A stretch of 64,000 nt of DNA, taken from contig NMRA01000674.1 of assembly GCA_002633005.1 (NCBI GenBank), forward strand, positions 1-64,000. The letters are read 5' to 3'. Within the stretch, counting starts at the first letter, position 1, and every line of letters starts with the position of its first letter. This document shows positions 24,201 through 36,498 of the stretch, piece after piece. The translations under genes were made by a program, and so were the position numbers. The stretch comes from Phoronis australis (lineage: Eukaryota; Animalia; Phoronida). The notes below the pieces were generated by a model. It saw nothing but the letters and a program-made list of their open reading frames with translations, was not told the origin of the DNA and searched no databases.

Positions 24201-27200
24201 TTTAGTCTTTACTGTTTCAAATACATTGATGTCGGGAGTGTATCGGAACAAACTGTCGCCATGACATAAACTGTCGTCGGGCGAAAATTTTTGCAGGTTT
24301 TTGGTCACTGCGCAAAATGGTTTCACAAATTGAGAGCAACGTAAACACAAGTCATTATATATATTGCGACAGTTCTCTTTGTGTTTCACGAGACTGTGCA
24401 GTTGTCCTCTAGTTCATGGGTCATACAAAAAAATTATTAACAATGCTGAAGTTTTGGATAAAACCAATTATTGAAAAAGAGCGATTCATGTAGATCAGTG
24501 GTGGTATTTCCTTGTTTTTAACTCAACCAAAATGTCCAAAGAGATGTTTTGTGGTTATGCAGTCCTTTTTTAATCAGGCTTTTAAGGAAAAGGCATTGTA
24601 TATTGTCCCATTTACACTAAAGCGTCTTTGTTTTCCTCAATTAGTCATCTCTGTGAAACTGATCAAGGATTGAAGAAGTGACCTCTCCGTTAACCTCTGA
24701 CGCATTCTCATGTTAACTAATACAAACATTTACAACCACTCTTGTTTCGAGGTTGAAAAGATGTACTCCAAACCTCTAACAGGTTTCTTGAAGCTACGCC
24801 TTGCCACATGAAACGTGTAGGGGTTGTGACAAATGAATTAACTATCTTTGGCCGTTTCGTTGGTTCTGAAAAAAATGCCATTATGGCTGAAAAGGATTTT
24901 GGAATTTCAAACATGGAACCTTTCGTAATAATTTACTAATTCAATGGCGAATCTACGATGACGCAGTGGCAGCCCAGTCGCAATCTTGTTGTTTTTGATC
25001 GTGCCTTCCGCAGAGGGGGAGTGGAGGTCTTCGGCTCCACTGAATCCAGATATGTAATTGGCCTATTATTTATATTGATTGAAAAGTATGTTATTAAATA
25101 ATTAAACTGAAAAAGTGTTGAGTGGACATTTAAGAACAATTTTATATCATATTTTTATCTCTATACTGTCACTTATGAAGAAAGTTTATGAAGAACTTTT
25201 ACTTCAAATTCTCGACATGTTTTCAACTAATTTTCAAAAGAAAGGAAAGGAAGCACACGTTATTATAATTTCAATGAAATTTTTCTCAATTTTGTCTTTA
25301 AGTAAGATTTGCAAAACCTTAACGAATAATTTCTGTTTCCTATCATTTGTCGGGTGCAAGTGCACTGTGCTTTCAAATGATGACCACAACGAATCCGTTT
25401 TTACAGGTAAGTAATATCTACTTACAGAAATGTTAAAATGCCCTTTTTGTCTGTTTGCTAATTGTGATTTCATCAAATTGTGATTCGTTCTAGGCAGACA
25501 GTATTCTTAATGAGTTCACTTTTCACAATAGGCTATACAGTCACCTTCCTAACAAAATTTGAATAATTAAAAATAGACTTCCTCGTCTCCTGTGTTCACT
25601 ATTGTGAATAAAATTAGCATACAAACTTGTTAAACTTATCATCCCGCAAGCAAGGGGTCTTTCGTAAAAGACCGAGCACTCTTTCAAAAAGGACTGTTTG
25701 CTTACACACTAAGTGCTAGTTACAAATGATATACTCAGGTTTCCTGTCTAGCAGAAAATTCCAAGCCTTGAATTATAGAAAGTGAAGAAAGCGCAAAATA
25801 AAGGGTATTGCAAGCAATGTGGCAACACGACTAGTCATCAGAGACATGTACAAAAGCAGAGTCATATTATGAATATTAATATTATCGTGATTGCAAGATC
25901 AAACGCAAGATGATTTGTGCTTTTCTCTGCATGCATGTCTGCCGTTTAGAAAGTCGATAAAAGAAGTAATGCGATTTCCATCAGGCTTGTTGTCTGTGAC
26001 TATATCTCATGGATAAATTACAGTTTATTGAGAAACATGCCTTGCCTAGCATGTTTGGTTACGTGCTGATAATATTACTGTCAAATAGATTGATTCTTTT
26101 AAATTGCATGAAAACATGGAGATGAGTCATATATAAATTATCTCTACTGAAAACATCTCTTTCCATTTTGGAAACTTGATATTTTTTGTTAAGTGTTAAA
26201 GTTTTCATAATCCTTGATTGCCCTTCCCAGCGTGCATGTTTCTTATCGTTGATAAATGCAGACTTTGTAATTCTAAAACTACCGTCTCAAGAATCTGCAT
26301 CCATCTCAAGTTCAACTGCTTTCCACCCCTTCATCAAAGATTGTCGTGTTTTCCTTTTGAGTTTAAAGTGAGGTGAGAGTTCCAATTGTCAGATTCGTAA
26401 GGATATGCTAGATATAACTTGCTAAAGATAACTACGATATCAATGAGCAGTGTTTGTTAACAAAAGAATCACGATTTGAAAACAAATCAACCCGTCGATT
26501 CACTGGTTTGTGAAACAGCTTTTGGATTGACATTGGTTGACATATAGCATCTTAGTTGACACATTGCATCTTAGTTGTCGACGAATGCAAGGAAAATGGC
26601 ATGCGGTCATGGTTATTCAGCAAAACAGTATAAAACTGTTAAGTTCAATTTTAGTGTCAAGAGTTGTAAAAAACAATAAAAAATGTTTTTGAAATTTCGG
26701 AAAAGCATTGCTGACATGCCTTCATTTTGACTTTAAAGTAAAAAGACATGATACAGTATTATCAGTCAATGATAGCCTCAGACCAGTTCTAATGGTCAAA
26801 CGTAAAACAGCAACATTCCGACGAGCGATGTTTCTAGCAAACAAAGCGGTATTTGAAAGCAAACAATAGAAACATTGTTTTTTGTGAGGATTTACAGTTG
26901 TAAGGACTTGAATTAGGTGTCCCTACGCTTCTATATATGCATCTAGAAAAACAGAAATCTCCAAAAGCACCCGTGGCATGATACATTCAGATACCCTGCG
27001 GAAAGCAAGTCAATCAAATATTTAATTTATTCCCGGTGGATATGCAACAATAATGTGGACTTCTTTCCCGTACGCTTTCAAAGCGCCATTGCAAATTTGT
27101 GAACACGTCCGTTGAGCTCCTGGTGCCAAACGAGCCCATCTCACCACAGTAACTTTCTCATAATTCGCTAGTAGAATAATTTGTAAGGTCAAAACCTATG

Positions 27201-28470
27201 TTTCAAACTGTCTGTCAATGTCATTCGAGCCGAAACCTGAATACCTTTTTTACTTTTTAGCGACATACGTGTGCAGTGACCCACGGTATCCTCACAACTT
27301 TTACTGCATACCTGTAAGGTTATCCCTCTGTTGACGTGTTGCGCAGGTCAGATATCATTTGTATTAGTCTGAACTGCACACGAAACCGAACATGTGCTCT
27401 ATTACACAATTTAAAAACCGAATTGCCAAAATTTAAATTCTTAGACCTTGTCTTGTAATTCATTGTTCAAAATTTGGTGCTATTTTTACTTTTTTATGAG
27501 TTGTGCACAACCAAATTGTATTGCACGTAAGATTTAATTCAAACGCATAGCGTTAATGACTTGTACCGATTTCCAAAAGTTCGATTGCTCGCGTGTTCAG
27601 TCTTGAAACCATGAGCCATGTTGAACGTTCATTACCGTATTAGCTTTGTGCCACGATTCGTTATACGAGATTTTAACGAAGCGAAAAGTAATGTAAATAT
27701 AAATGAAAGAGTTGAAAAGGGAAGTGTCTTAGATTTTACAAAGAGAAAAAACAGTGTTTTCAAATTTATTAAAAATACAAAGATGCCTGGCAACATACAA
27801 TTCAACAGATCACAAGCAGTAACATATATAATAAATATAGTAGATGCTTTACAACTCACGAGTAACAAAATATAAAACAATGTTTTCACACTTATCTTAC
27901 AATCCTTAACAAAAATTGTAAATACAGAAAAAACTAACGAGGTCCCAATAACATTTGTGATTACAATACACGGGGTGAAAATATTCGTTGTCCAAACAAA
28001 GACCCGTCATTATCTAAACCTATGTGAAAGGTCACTACCACATGTGCAGGATTGTTGAGCAAATCATGAAGACATGCGATCCGTAAACATACGACCTACT
28101 AGCATGAATAACGGACAGTGCGTCCTAACAACCAGCCAGGAATGTCTTTGGGAGGACCAATCAGTACAGGTTTGTTCACAGCACCAATCTGACAATATGG
28201 ATCTGTACATTTATCAAGACCGAATTATACTCAAGTATTTTGGTTATCAATTCAAACCCTGTATTTCGGTATTTATTTTTGCTAAGATCAACTACACCTT
28301 ATATCTCAACAAACTAATAACACAATCCCGCGGTGCCTGATGAAACGAGTCGGTTCAAAACAATTGGATCCAATTCTATTCAACATTTACAATGCACATT
28401 CAAATAGTTTCTACCAGCTGAGTGACTATAGCTCAACGTCAAAATGTAAGGCCTATAACTATGGCTTGTT

Positions 28471-28856
28471 CTGCTGTGCGTGAACTTGGAATCTTGCTTA
28501 ATCTCAACTTGGAATATATGAGGAAACTTAACAAGTTCACTCAAATAATCGTTCATTTGAATAAAAATTTGCACAGCACTAAACCAAATTCTATGTCAAT
28601 AAAATAACGTACAATTCAACTAATCTTTTTTCAACTATTGGCGATCTTATTCACCAAACAATAATTATTTTAACCAATCACAAATTCCTCCTATTCTTTA
28701 ACACAAGTTACGGTAAAGGAGAAAATGAGTGATCATAAGGCCAATAATTACAAAAATTCTTTACACTGAACAAAAAATTTCACCTGATTCCCCAATTTCA
28801 AATTGACGCAAACGCGGTCTTGAGATTAAGCAGGATTCCAAGTTCACGAACAGCAG
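28471..28856. mobile_element. MITE with 37-bp TIRs
   Basis: CTGCTGTGCGTGAACTTGGAATCTTGCTTAATCTCAA (28471-28507) versus its reverse complement at 28820-28856 with 2 mismatches. TSD is GTTC (if termini are TG..CA) or TT; empty paralogous site near 28960. Confidence 0.75.
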
Positions 28857-31721
28857 TTCAACACACTGGCTTAACATTGATCAGTAAGGTACATTAATTC
28901 GTCAAAAGAACCGTTATTGCATTGCATTGCATTGTTTAATGTAAGGCCAAAACCTATAGGTTGTTCAGCCCACTGGCTTAACACTGATAAGTAACATCAC
29001 ATAAGTTCGCCAAAAGAACCTTAACTCCATTGTTGATTAGAAGTAGTTAATCCGGTGCATGTATGGGGCCATACCTATATTGACCCCCTCAGATACTTAA
29101 CTGTCATGAGACTTACACCTTTAACGATTAGGTAATAAGACTAAATAGACACATTTCCTGTGTAGACATTAATTTCCTCTACAATATTGTGCCACATTAC
29201 CTCAGTGAACAGCTATGCATTACCACCACCTCTGATACCCAATATGCCACCACCAATACACACACTATCAACCTTAAAATGCCAGCCTTGTTCTACTGGC
29301 TGCAGAGTAATTTGACAGTCTGCAAAAGTTTCCCATGGCATAGAGCTTGAGTGCTAAGCAACTTCATGGCAAAGCCATTAACCTCAGTGATAACTCTGAG
29401 GGCTTTTGTAAGACTTCATATCTAAACACTTGGTTAAAGGCCTTTATTGTGTATTAGGATCCAGGAAAGAAAACGTGACAATTAAGCTTAACTCTTCTTG
29501 AATGGTGTTGGGCTATAGGTAATGTCATGGAAGCTAGGTTTTTGCCTGCAGGCCCTGAAGCATACCAGTGGACAGGACACCGTTCTCTCTCGAGTGGCAA
29601 GAGAAATGGGCGCTTACAGCAACACTTATGAACTCAAATTAGAGGGGATAACTTGTACAAGGTAGTCTTTAACCCCGAAACAAAGGTTCATAAGAGCTGG
29701 CACCTACGATTTTCATCATCATTCACACGCAACTCGGAACATACAGGGCAGAATGTAAAAACGACCAATGACGTCTTCAGATTATGCTATATTTGGTAAC
29801 AATTTGTTCAATTTAGTAAGGATAACTTATTTTTGAAACTGTCAAAAAGTCAAGTCAAGTCAATAACTTACCAAGTGTATATGTTCTCACTTACAATGAA
29901 CTTGCCACCTAACATATTTCAGTGGACCAACACAAGCTTAGTGACAGAGTGACAAATGGCATTTTTTGTACAAAATTTATGGGATAATAATTGCTCCCAT
30001 GACTGAGTATGTGACTGCTATAAGACATGCAAACACAGATCCTGGACCAAGTTGATTCCTGGTTTGCCGATAATTGGCTTCTGTTTGTCTATTCTGGCAA
30101 ATCCTGTGGCCATTTGTAAAGCCAATAACAATTAAAACTTGTGAATTGATTATTTAGTTCTTATTCTGAACTTAGAAGAAGTCTATCTGAGGGATTCCTG
30201 GAAATTTCAATGACATGGAAAACCTCATCAAAGTGTCTAGTGGATGGGAAATAGCCTATTTCATGAAGAATACACTAAAAAAATGTTATAGGTGATAAAA
30301 TGATTATCTAAGATCAGTCTCAGCCCATAATCGAACTCGCAGTGCAACCTCCCAACTGCATTCTAACACTCTGCTGGAGAATTCCATTTGATAAATGGTA
30401 GATTATTTAAAGCCTATTCAACTAGTAAATTCACCAGCCTTAATTTCAGCAAATGGGTGGCAAACAGTGAGAATTGATGATTTGTAATAAACTCAAAAAA
30501 AAAACATAACACATTTTGTTGTTTTATAGCTGTGACCAAATCTATTTAACATCAAAAACAAATCTATTCCATAAAATCAAAATCGAGCTGTAAATTCAGT
30601 GTCGCTTGCCATTGACAACATACTAGTAGTGCCTAGGGATAAAAACAGACAGATTCTTTAAACAGAGCAATGTTTGACTGCAAGTGGAAATATTTTGGTT
30701 GTGACAAACACTACATCTGGAGTGCATATTCACTTCTCTCTTGTATCGAAAAATCAATGTGTGGCCTTGTTGTCACTCCTTTGACTCACAGACACTGGAG
30801 TGATGGTGCCCATTTTGTTGAAAATATCAGTCTCAATAACTTGTAAATGTTCACCTACATTGGCTGGAACATCTTTACACACAATTTAATCAAGGCAGGG
30901 GAAAATCAATGTCACTCCTTTCTTTTAAGTTGATAATAGCAGTGGCCTAATATGCCAGGAATAGCTGCTGTGGTATATGTCAAATGTGTAGAATTGATCA
31001 GAGCCAGGTGTCCATGTAATGCCAAACATAAACTAAAATGAGGAGCAGTCTGCAAGTCAAAACACATCAAGGAATGAATAACCTAAACAGGTGTGGCTTA
31101 CACAGTGTGTCAGACTAAAATGATTTCGGAATTTCAATGACAGTTATTTTCATGCCATCAACATCGCCCTCACCTTTGTGCATTATGACAGAGACTGGTA
31201 ATACAAAGGAGTGATTTCAGGGGAAAGTTGCAACTCACAGAATCATCACTGACTTGAATCTGTGCCAAATCAGTAACAACCTATAGGTCATCTCACCTCC
31301 CATTCTGATACTAAAATTATGCAAAATGGGTTAGGTACCGCTTCAGCAGCACACCCCCAGTACCCACCCTACACAATGTGGTCTCCTTGGAACAGTACTT
31401 AGACAACCATGTGGACAAAATTAAATGAAAAACCACATCTGCCCAATAGAAGACAAGAGTTTTCCATGGAATTAACAAAACTGTGAACTAAGACTGAAAC
31501 TTAATGTTTATCATAGGCACTGAAAAAGAAGAATAACCTAACTACAGCACTAATCCAACATGATTCTCTTATAATTTATCTTATTAACCAAGCAGATGTC
31601 CATAAATGTGAGAGACAGTGCGTGATAAAAAGAGATTAATTAAAATCAATACTCCATGACATGATTCACATGCAAATGCTTGAACTTGTCATCGGAAAAT
31701 AACATCAGGGTAATTTATAAA

Positions 31722-31799
31722 AAACTAATCGACATATGATTGGTATCAAATATTGATACCAAACTAATCGACATATGATGGGTATCAAATATTGATACC
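31722..31799. repeat. 39-bp tandem duplication containing a hairpin, just 3' of the ARL4 stop
   Basis: AAACTAATCGACATATGAT(T/G)GGTATCAAATATTGATACC x2. Confidence 0.9.
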
Positions 31800-31828
31800 A
31801 AACTGCCTAATTCAAAGAATACCCACTG

Positions 31829-32419
31829 CTACCTCTTTTTCTTGCCTCCTTTTGTTTTTTTTCTTTTTAATATCATTTCATACAGTGATTCAACTCCTTC
31901 GTCAAGTCCTTCGCCAGTAATGGCACAGGCTGATTGTATGTTCCATGAATGCTGTGGAGATAACTCCTGTAAACTCAACATCCGTTCAATCACATGTGTT
32001 TCCAGGGCACTACGTAAATCCTGTTTATTGGCAAGCACTAAGACAGGGACCCCTGGTGGCGAATCCGCTCCCCTTACTATTTTTATAATCTCACTTTTAG
32101 CCTCATCCATTCTTTCCTTATCAGTGCTATCCACCACAAATATAATCCCATCAGTATTCTTTGTATACGTTCCCCACAGAGGGCGTAACTTATCCTGTCC
32201 GCCTACATCCCAAACAGTAAACGTCACTCCCTTTGCTTTTCCAGCACTTGGCTTTACCTTCTCACAATTAAATCCCAGAGTTGGAACTGTGTTGACATAT
32301 TGGTCAAATTTAAGACGGTAGAGAACGGTAGTTTTACCGGCACCATCGAGGCCAAGCATGACAATGTGATACTGACTTGAGTGTAGAGACTCCAAAGTTT
32401 TGGCAATGCTACTGCCCAT
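31829..32419 (-). CDS. ARL4: ADP-ribosylation factor-like 4 family small GTPase (ARL4A/C/D-like), 196 aa
   Basis: MG myristoylation start, GLDGAGKT P-loop, TLYRLK/TVPT.GFN.EK-like switch region, WDVGGQDKLRPLW, NKQD, SACA and a basic C-terminal tail KRKKTKGGKKKR typical of ARL4. True ATG at 32419; likely 5'UTR intron acceptor CAG at 32518-32520. Confidence 0.95.
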   Translation of the reverse strand: MGSSIAKTLESLHSSQYHIVMLGLDGAGKTTVLYRLKFDQYVNTVPTLGFNCEKVKPSAGKAKGVTFTVWDVGGQDKLRPLWGTYTKNTDGIIFVVDSTDKERMDEAKSEIIKIVRGADSPPGVPVLVLANKQDLRSALETHVIERMLSLQELSPQHSWNIQSACAITGEGLDEGVESLYEMILKRKKTKGGKKKR

Positions 32420-33229
32420 GACCAAAGTCCGTTCAATCTAAATTTACACTAAAAACACGGTTCCCCTTGTGTCAACATCATAGATTCTGTTGCTTTTCAA
32501 GGCAAATCCATCACAATCTGAAATGTAAAATTTGTTGAATCTTGATCATCACTTTATATTTCAATGAATTGCACATGGGATGTACTGTATAGGTGGAATA
32601 ACTGAAATTGCATCACTAAACTCCTTTAAGATTAGAGCCCCGTATCATGAACCCAAATTGTCATCATCAGTCCACTTCCAATATTCAAATAGTTGTTCCA
32701 AATTTACTAAAATGAGGTTATCAGGTGTGCCACGATTACACTACAAATAAATAATAAGACAGTCTTGAAAGTTCCAACCATACCGTGATTTAGAAACACA
32801 TAGCTAGGGTACACTCTGAAACTATGACCTTTTATGATCCCCAGTCCACGAAAAATAGTCACAAACCACCGGCTACAGTTTCACATCTGTTGTTGATATT
32901 CGCCACAGTTAGTTTGTCTCACCATATTCACACGTCATGTACAGAGATAATGATGACTGTGGATTGAATATTTTGAATACACACCAAAAGCGCACGTTTA
33001 AAGCGCTAGTTAAGTTCGTAAGTAGTCTTCGAAATGCAGTTTGATCAGAACGAATGGTAGTAGTTGTGCTGTGTATCGATCTAAGCGTAACCACGATCAG
33101 TAGGCTACCAATAAGCCAAGCTTTATCACAAAGTCAGGATAATAGGAAACATGAACTAAAAGCTCTGAATAGCTCTGCTAAACTATTTAGATATCACATG
33201 AGGGAAGCATAATAACTTTACCTTACTGG

Positions 33230-33385
33230 GTCGGTAAAATCCCGGGAAACCTGCGCGATACGCTCACTCAACCGCTTGGCTGTTGACCGACTCTTTAACC
33301 ATAAACTAGGACACTGATGATTAACTACATAAGCCCCGCCTCTTTATACCCATAAATGGACTGTCATTATTGGCTATGAGGTGAT
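33230..33385 (-). promoter_or_regulatory. Putative ARL4 proximal promoter
   Basis: GC-box-like GCCCCGCC (~33333) and CCAAT box (ATTGG ~33369) in a CpG-enriched stretch upstream of candidate minus-strand donors (32783, ~33221). Motif inference only. Confidence 0.35.
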
Positions 33386-34430
33386 TGACATCCAAGGTAA
33401 ACATTTCGGAGGAGTAAGAGCGCGAGACGAACCTACAGTTTTACAAAAGGTTTCTTGTTCGCAAAAAGGAACTTATTCAAATGAGAACACTTTCCATTCT
33501 TACCAGTGTTTATCCTTACTTCAAACAAAGGTCGTTCGCCGGCATAAAGGCTTATGTTTTCACAATGGACGGCTGCTTTGTTTGGATGTATAAAAGGCAG
33601 GCTACACCTCACCGTTCAGACTTCTATACCCTGACACGCTTACAGTGAGCTTTGAACAGGTGAATGTGCTATCAACAATCTTTCACCTTCTATTGTTATT
33701 TTAAATTATCGCGCAGACTCTTTTTTCAGACACAGTGCTGTAGTGGTAAAATTAGAGGTAAGTAGGTGCCCAATACCCACCTTGAACACTGATTTTTAAA
33801 AGTGCATTGACTTTGCAAAGCCTAACTCACAAACATGTAGGTCTATATTTTGACTCACGAGTGAGTATTTACTTCGAGTCTGCAGTGGCGAATCTAGGAT
33901 TTCGCAAAAAGGGGCCCAAACACACATAGAGGAAGACAAAGGTCCGCGTGCATTACGTTTCCAAGCGGTCTCTGAAGGGGGGGGGGCAAACACCATTTTA
34001 AAGGAAAATAGGCGCGTAACACCCAGAAGCGATATGGTGACGGCTTTTTTGTCGCCCGTGGGGTGTGTCCTCGGGGCCCTTCAGTTCCCCTGGCTTTATC
34101 CGCCTATAGTATGACACCATAACTGAACATTACGGTCACGCGCGCCGGAATATTCGGCAACACTGTCGTCAGCGTAGCAGTGCATCTATACCATAAGATA
34201 ATGTATCAAGACTACGCCCCCCCTATACCGTCACTTACTGTGCGTCTCGCTGGTTACCTGCGCCGTTGCCGCTGAGGTGGTCAGAGCCAGCACGTGCTGC
34301 CGGGCTAGGCACGTAGGGTACTAGCGAGACTGCGTAAGCGCTACGTTAAGATGTAAAAAAGGATTGGATGCGCCTACGCCCCACTATAACGTAACTTATG
34401 GTGCGTAGGCGCTACGTTTAAACGCCAAAA

Positions 34431-34581
34431 CATGGGCACACGATAGGGGGCTGGGGGAGGGGAGGGGGTGCTATAGTCCCCACTTTGTTAGGTGATACGC
34501 CGCACATGGTCTATAGGCGGTGCACCACAGGGGGGTTGAGGGGCTTTAGCCCCCACAATTTTCAGTGCTGCGCCGCCCATG
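34431..34581. mobile_element. Small GC-rich MITE (second, inverted copy at 43904-44049)
   Basis: CATGGG...CCCATG termini; CAAAA on both flanks; reverse-complement match to 43904-44049. Confidence 0.75.
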
Positions 34582-35690
34582 CAAAAGGTGGTTGGCTGCG
34601 CTTACGAGCGCCTACGCCCCACTACATTGCGTTCGAAGAAACCCCTCGTCTATTTGACAATGCACATGTGACTACTGAGCCCGACTGCTTCATAAAACAT
34701 TTGGAATTGTATTTCGTTTTCTTTGACATCAATAGGGCATAGGCAGCTAGCACTTGAACTGCATAAGCCCGCCTGGGTATTCTGCAAGCTTCGGTGACTG
34801 AGGAAACATTATCTCGCTGGGAAGAAAGACCCGCGATCGATGAGATGGAAACTAATAAAACAAGCAACATCAGTTCGTTTTTGCGCGTAAAAAGAGTATA
34901 TTCTACATGCACTAGAATCAGTTATTCTGCTCGCAGAAATGACCGTTTTTATAAAGCGCCAAAATATAAGGGACATTACCAGTTTTATGGTCGGCCTTTT
35001 GCGACTAACTGTTTTGGATGGCACAGACTTCTTAAAGTTATTAGCTTTGCCCAGAACTAGAAAACAATAAAATTCGTTGTATTTTACTACTACAGGATGC
35101 GCTAAACGAATTGACTCTTGACCCTTTAATCAATGAAAGCTAACTTGAATAAAGAACGGCAACTGAAAACCGAAAATAAAACCATCCTCTTCCTTGGTTT
35201 CTATTTAGGGCAGCTACACTTCTGGCCTATCTGTGTCATGGGTGGCGCAGCACTAAAATAAGTAAATAAGTGTATGGGAGGGAAGGGGGCTGTAACTCCG
35301 CAGCCCCCGATGGTGCGCGCCGTCCATTCCTATGGGCGCTTCGGTTCAGCACTGAAATAAGTGCCGGTGGGTCTATAGCCCGGGGCCCCTTATGGTGCGC
35401 AATTCAGTCCTGTGTACAAAACGCTATTCTCCTTCTCGCAGACGCACATTCATCCCTTATTAGACCGGGATCCCAGAGTTTTTTTTGGGCATGTAAAGGT
35501 AACTCGTACTGTGGTGCCACAGTGCTCTGTGGGTATCCTTGGAAATGGCCGTCTGGCGTAGGTTCGCTCTGGTGGGTGTGATCAGGGGAGCCAAAAAAGG
35601 TGCAGGTGGCATGATGCCTTTTGTGGTACATTAGGCGTGTTTAGGCCACAAGCTAGGCCAGGCCCATTACACTAGTCACCTGATTATGAC

Positions 35691-36498
35691 TCATGGGGAC
35701 ACGACATCACCGGATTCCTCATGGGTGAAATCTTCCAATTTGCCTATTTGTTTCAGAAAGACAGAAAGATTATTAAACCTGTATGAACTAACAATGTTAT
35801 CCAGGCAGGTTATGTGTCCATCAAGTAGTAGATTACGGTGTCTATTGTAGGCAGGGCAAATCTCTACCAGATGTTGAGGAGTCTCGGCCTCCAAGCCACT
35901 GTTGGGACCCAATGAACATGCTTTGATGTTACGGTGCGGAGCTATGTTGCAGTGTCCAATAATAATCTGGATCAGCGGCCTTATAGCAAGCCTATCTAAA
36001 CATAACAGTTTCTTTGAACCTTTTGGTTCAATAGGACTTGGAAAAAGTTGTTTGGTTTGTCTGCAGGCAGAGAGCTTTTCCATGAATCCACGGACAGTTT
36101 ACACACCCAGTGTCTTACTTTTGCTCTGCAGCACCTATAGGCAACTGGTATGCAAGGTTTTGGTACAAAACAGGGGCGGATTCAGGATTTTGAGTTAGGG
36201 GGCCAGGGCAGACTTTAAGCCAGGATTTTGCCCATCAGACATTCGCATCCCCGAACTGCCAAATGGAACCTGGGAGAATTTTAGGGGGGGGCATGGCCTC
36301 CTTGGCCCCCTCTAAGTCCGCCACTGCAAAACAGGGTGCACTTGCTCCTTCTTTTGCAAGTTTGTCAGCAGCTTCGTAACCGTCAATGCCAACATGGGCT
36401 TTAACCCAGTTCACATGAACAGTTCTGCAAGCTGATAGGTGTTTAAGCTCGCTTACACAGGCCAGGACACAATGGGAGTTGGTCTTGGGCTTAGTTAG
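35691..36498 (-). mobile_element. Non-LTR retrotransposon (RNase H-bearing, I/R1/LOA-like) remnant: C-terminal half of RNase H and zinc knuckle
   Basis: Minus strand reads TKPKTNSHCVLAC...VNWVKAHVGIDGYEAADKLAKEGA and ETPQHLVEICPAY. Confidence 0.85.
36171..36326. mobile_element. Small MITE inserted in the LINE remnant
   Basis: CAGGGGCGGA...TCCGCCACTG termini; CAAAA on both flanks. Confidence 0.75.

Noticed and set aside
21255-26400. Scattered Cys-containing exon-like pieces and a strong donor CAG|GTAAGT near 25407
   Set aside because: No consistent spliced reading frame or recognisable protein could be assembled; a decayed gene or lncRNA cannot be excluded.
31842-32321. 159-aa plus-strand ORF
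   Set aside because: Antisense shadow of ARL4.
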